Assembly: GCA_963720475.1 (NCBI GenBank)
Contig: OY970394.1
Coordinates: 619,550-683,549, forward strand
Reading direction: 5' to 3'
DNA: 64,000 bases
Source of the DNA: an uncultured Thermoleophilaceae bacterium
Lineage (GTDB): Bacteria; Actinomycetota; Thermoleophilia; Solirubrobacterales; Thermoleophilaceae
The notes beneath the pieces were generated by a model. The model was not told where the DNA came from and searched no databases. It saw nothing but the letters and a program-made list of their open reading frames with translations. Below are positions 63,197 to 64,000 of the stretch, one piece after another (position 1 is the stretch's first letter; every line of letters starts with the position of its first letter). A program made the position numbers and the translations under genes.

Positions 63197-64000
63197 ATGG
63201 CAACCCTGAGGCTGGCGACGCGCGGCAGCGCGCTGGCGCTCGCACAGGCCGAGCTCGCCGCGGGGCTGCTGCGAGGCGCTGCCGACGGCGATCTTGAGGT
63301 CGAGCTCATCCCCGTCGAGACGGGCGGCGAGCCCGGCGACAAGGCCCGCTTCGTCAAAGGCCTCGAGCAGGCGCTCCTCGACGGCGAGGCGGACTTGGCC
63401 GTCCACTCGGCGAAGGACGTGCCGGGTGAGCTGGCCGACGGACTCGCGATCGTCGGGGTGCCCGAGCGCGCCGACGCCCGCGACGTGCTCTGCGGGGCGG
63501 CGTCGCTCGACGACCTGGCCGAGGGCGCGACGGTCGGCACCTCGAGCCTTCGGCGCCGCGCCCAGCTGCTCGCCGTGCGGCCTGACCTCGCGGTGTCGGA
63601 CCTTCGCGGGAACGTCGACACGCGCCTCGGACGACTCGCCGATGGCGATTTCGACGCGGTCGTGCTCGCAGCGGCAGGCCTCTTCCGGCTGGACCGCGCC
63701 GGCGAGGGCGCGCCCATTCCCACCGACGCGATGGTCCCCGCGCCCGGCCAGGGCTGCCTCGCGCTCGAAGCGCGCGCAGGCGACGAGGGGTTCGCCCGCC
63801 TCGCCGAACGGGTGACCGACGCGAACTCGCTGGCCCGCCTGACGGCCGAGCGCGCGCTCGTCACCACCCTCGGCGCGACCTGCCACACGCCGATCGGCGC
63901 ATACGCCGCGATCGAAGCCGACGGGCGCCTCTCGCTGTCGGCGTTCGTCGGACTCCCCGACGGCTCTACCTGGATCCGCGACTCGATCGAGGGCGACCTC
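63197..64000 (+). CDS. hemC: hydroxymethylbilane synthase (porphobilinogen deaminase), 3' end beyond the window
   Basis: Hand translation (not in the track because it runs off the edge): MATLRLATRGSALALAQA, VHSAKDVP, GTSSLRRRAQL, RGNVDTRL, PAPGQGCLALE, GATCHTPIGAY. Confidence 0.9.
   Translation, partial: MATLRLATRGSALALAQAELAAGLLRGAADGDLEVELIPVETGGEPGDKARFVKGLEQALLDGEADLAVHSAKDVPGELADGLAIVGVPERADARDVLCGAASLDDLAEGATVGTSSLRRRAQLLAVRPDLAVSDLRGNVDTRLGRLADGDFDAVVLAAAGLFRLDRAGEGAPIPTDAMVPAPGQGCLALEARAGDEGFARLAERVTDANSLARLTAERALVTTLGATCHTPIGAYAAIEADGRLSLSAFVGLPDGSTWIRDSIEGDL

Overview
This is a densely packed, high-GC chromosomal window; two 120-nt hand counts in core genes gave about 69% G+C. The gene content looks actinobacterial: PAC2, DUF3107, DUF2342 metalloprotease, Ppm1, an HbhA-like protein and many apparently leaderless genes. 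A Thermoleophilia/Conexibacter-like origin is only a guess. I support about 70 protein-coding genes. They include groES-groEL behind a perfect CIRCE operator, ileS, polX, fumC, trxA, ychF, rarA, mrp/apbC, otsB, an FtsH-like protease and a UvrD-type helicase fused to a Cas4-like nuclease. There is also an ABC-2 exporter and a cofactor supercluster (sirC-moaC-moaB, then ccmABCD-hemA-hemC). Two genes run off the window edges and one 57-aa gene falls below the ORF-track cutoff; I recovered all three by hand translation. I see no rRNA, tRNA, CRISPR array, transposase or integrase, and the largest non-coding gap is about 150 nt. Many long ORFs in the track are antisense or out-of-frame high-GC artefacts. 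The most interesting observations follow. (1) System I heme-export genes ccmABC plus a ccmD-like ORF are translationally chained to hemA-hemC, with no ccmE/F/H nearby. (2) A lower-GC alpha/beta-hydrolase cassette sits between 18/20-identical direct repeats that each overlap a stop codon, inserted between gabD and a lipoprotein gene. (3) An acetolactate-synthase-like ThDP enzyme is coupled to succinate-semialdehyde dehydrogenase, a candidate 2-oxoglutarate decarboxylase shunt. (4) Three divergent gene pairs lie only 22-23 nt apart and share quasi-palindromic -10 boxes, which suggests back-to-back leaderless promoters. (5) Two Sec-signal RTX-repeat proteins are present, one with a pore-former-like hydrophobic hairpin. 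(6) Other points: a split TauE permease, a frameshifted ASCH gene, and a moaC gene without a canonical start codon. All functional calls rest on motifs I could read in the translations. No database search was run.
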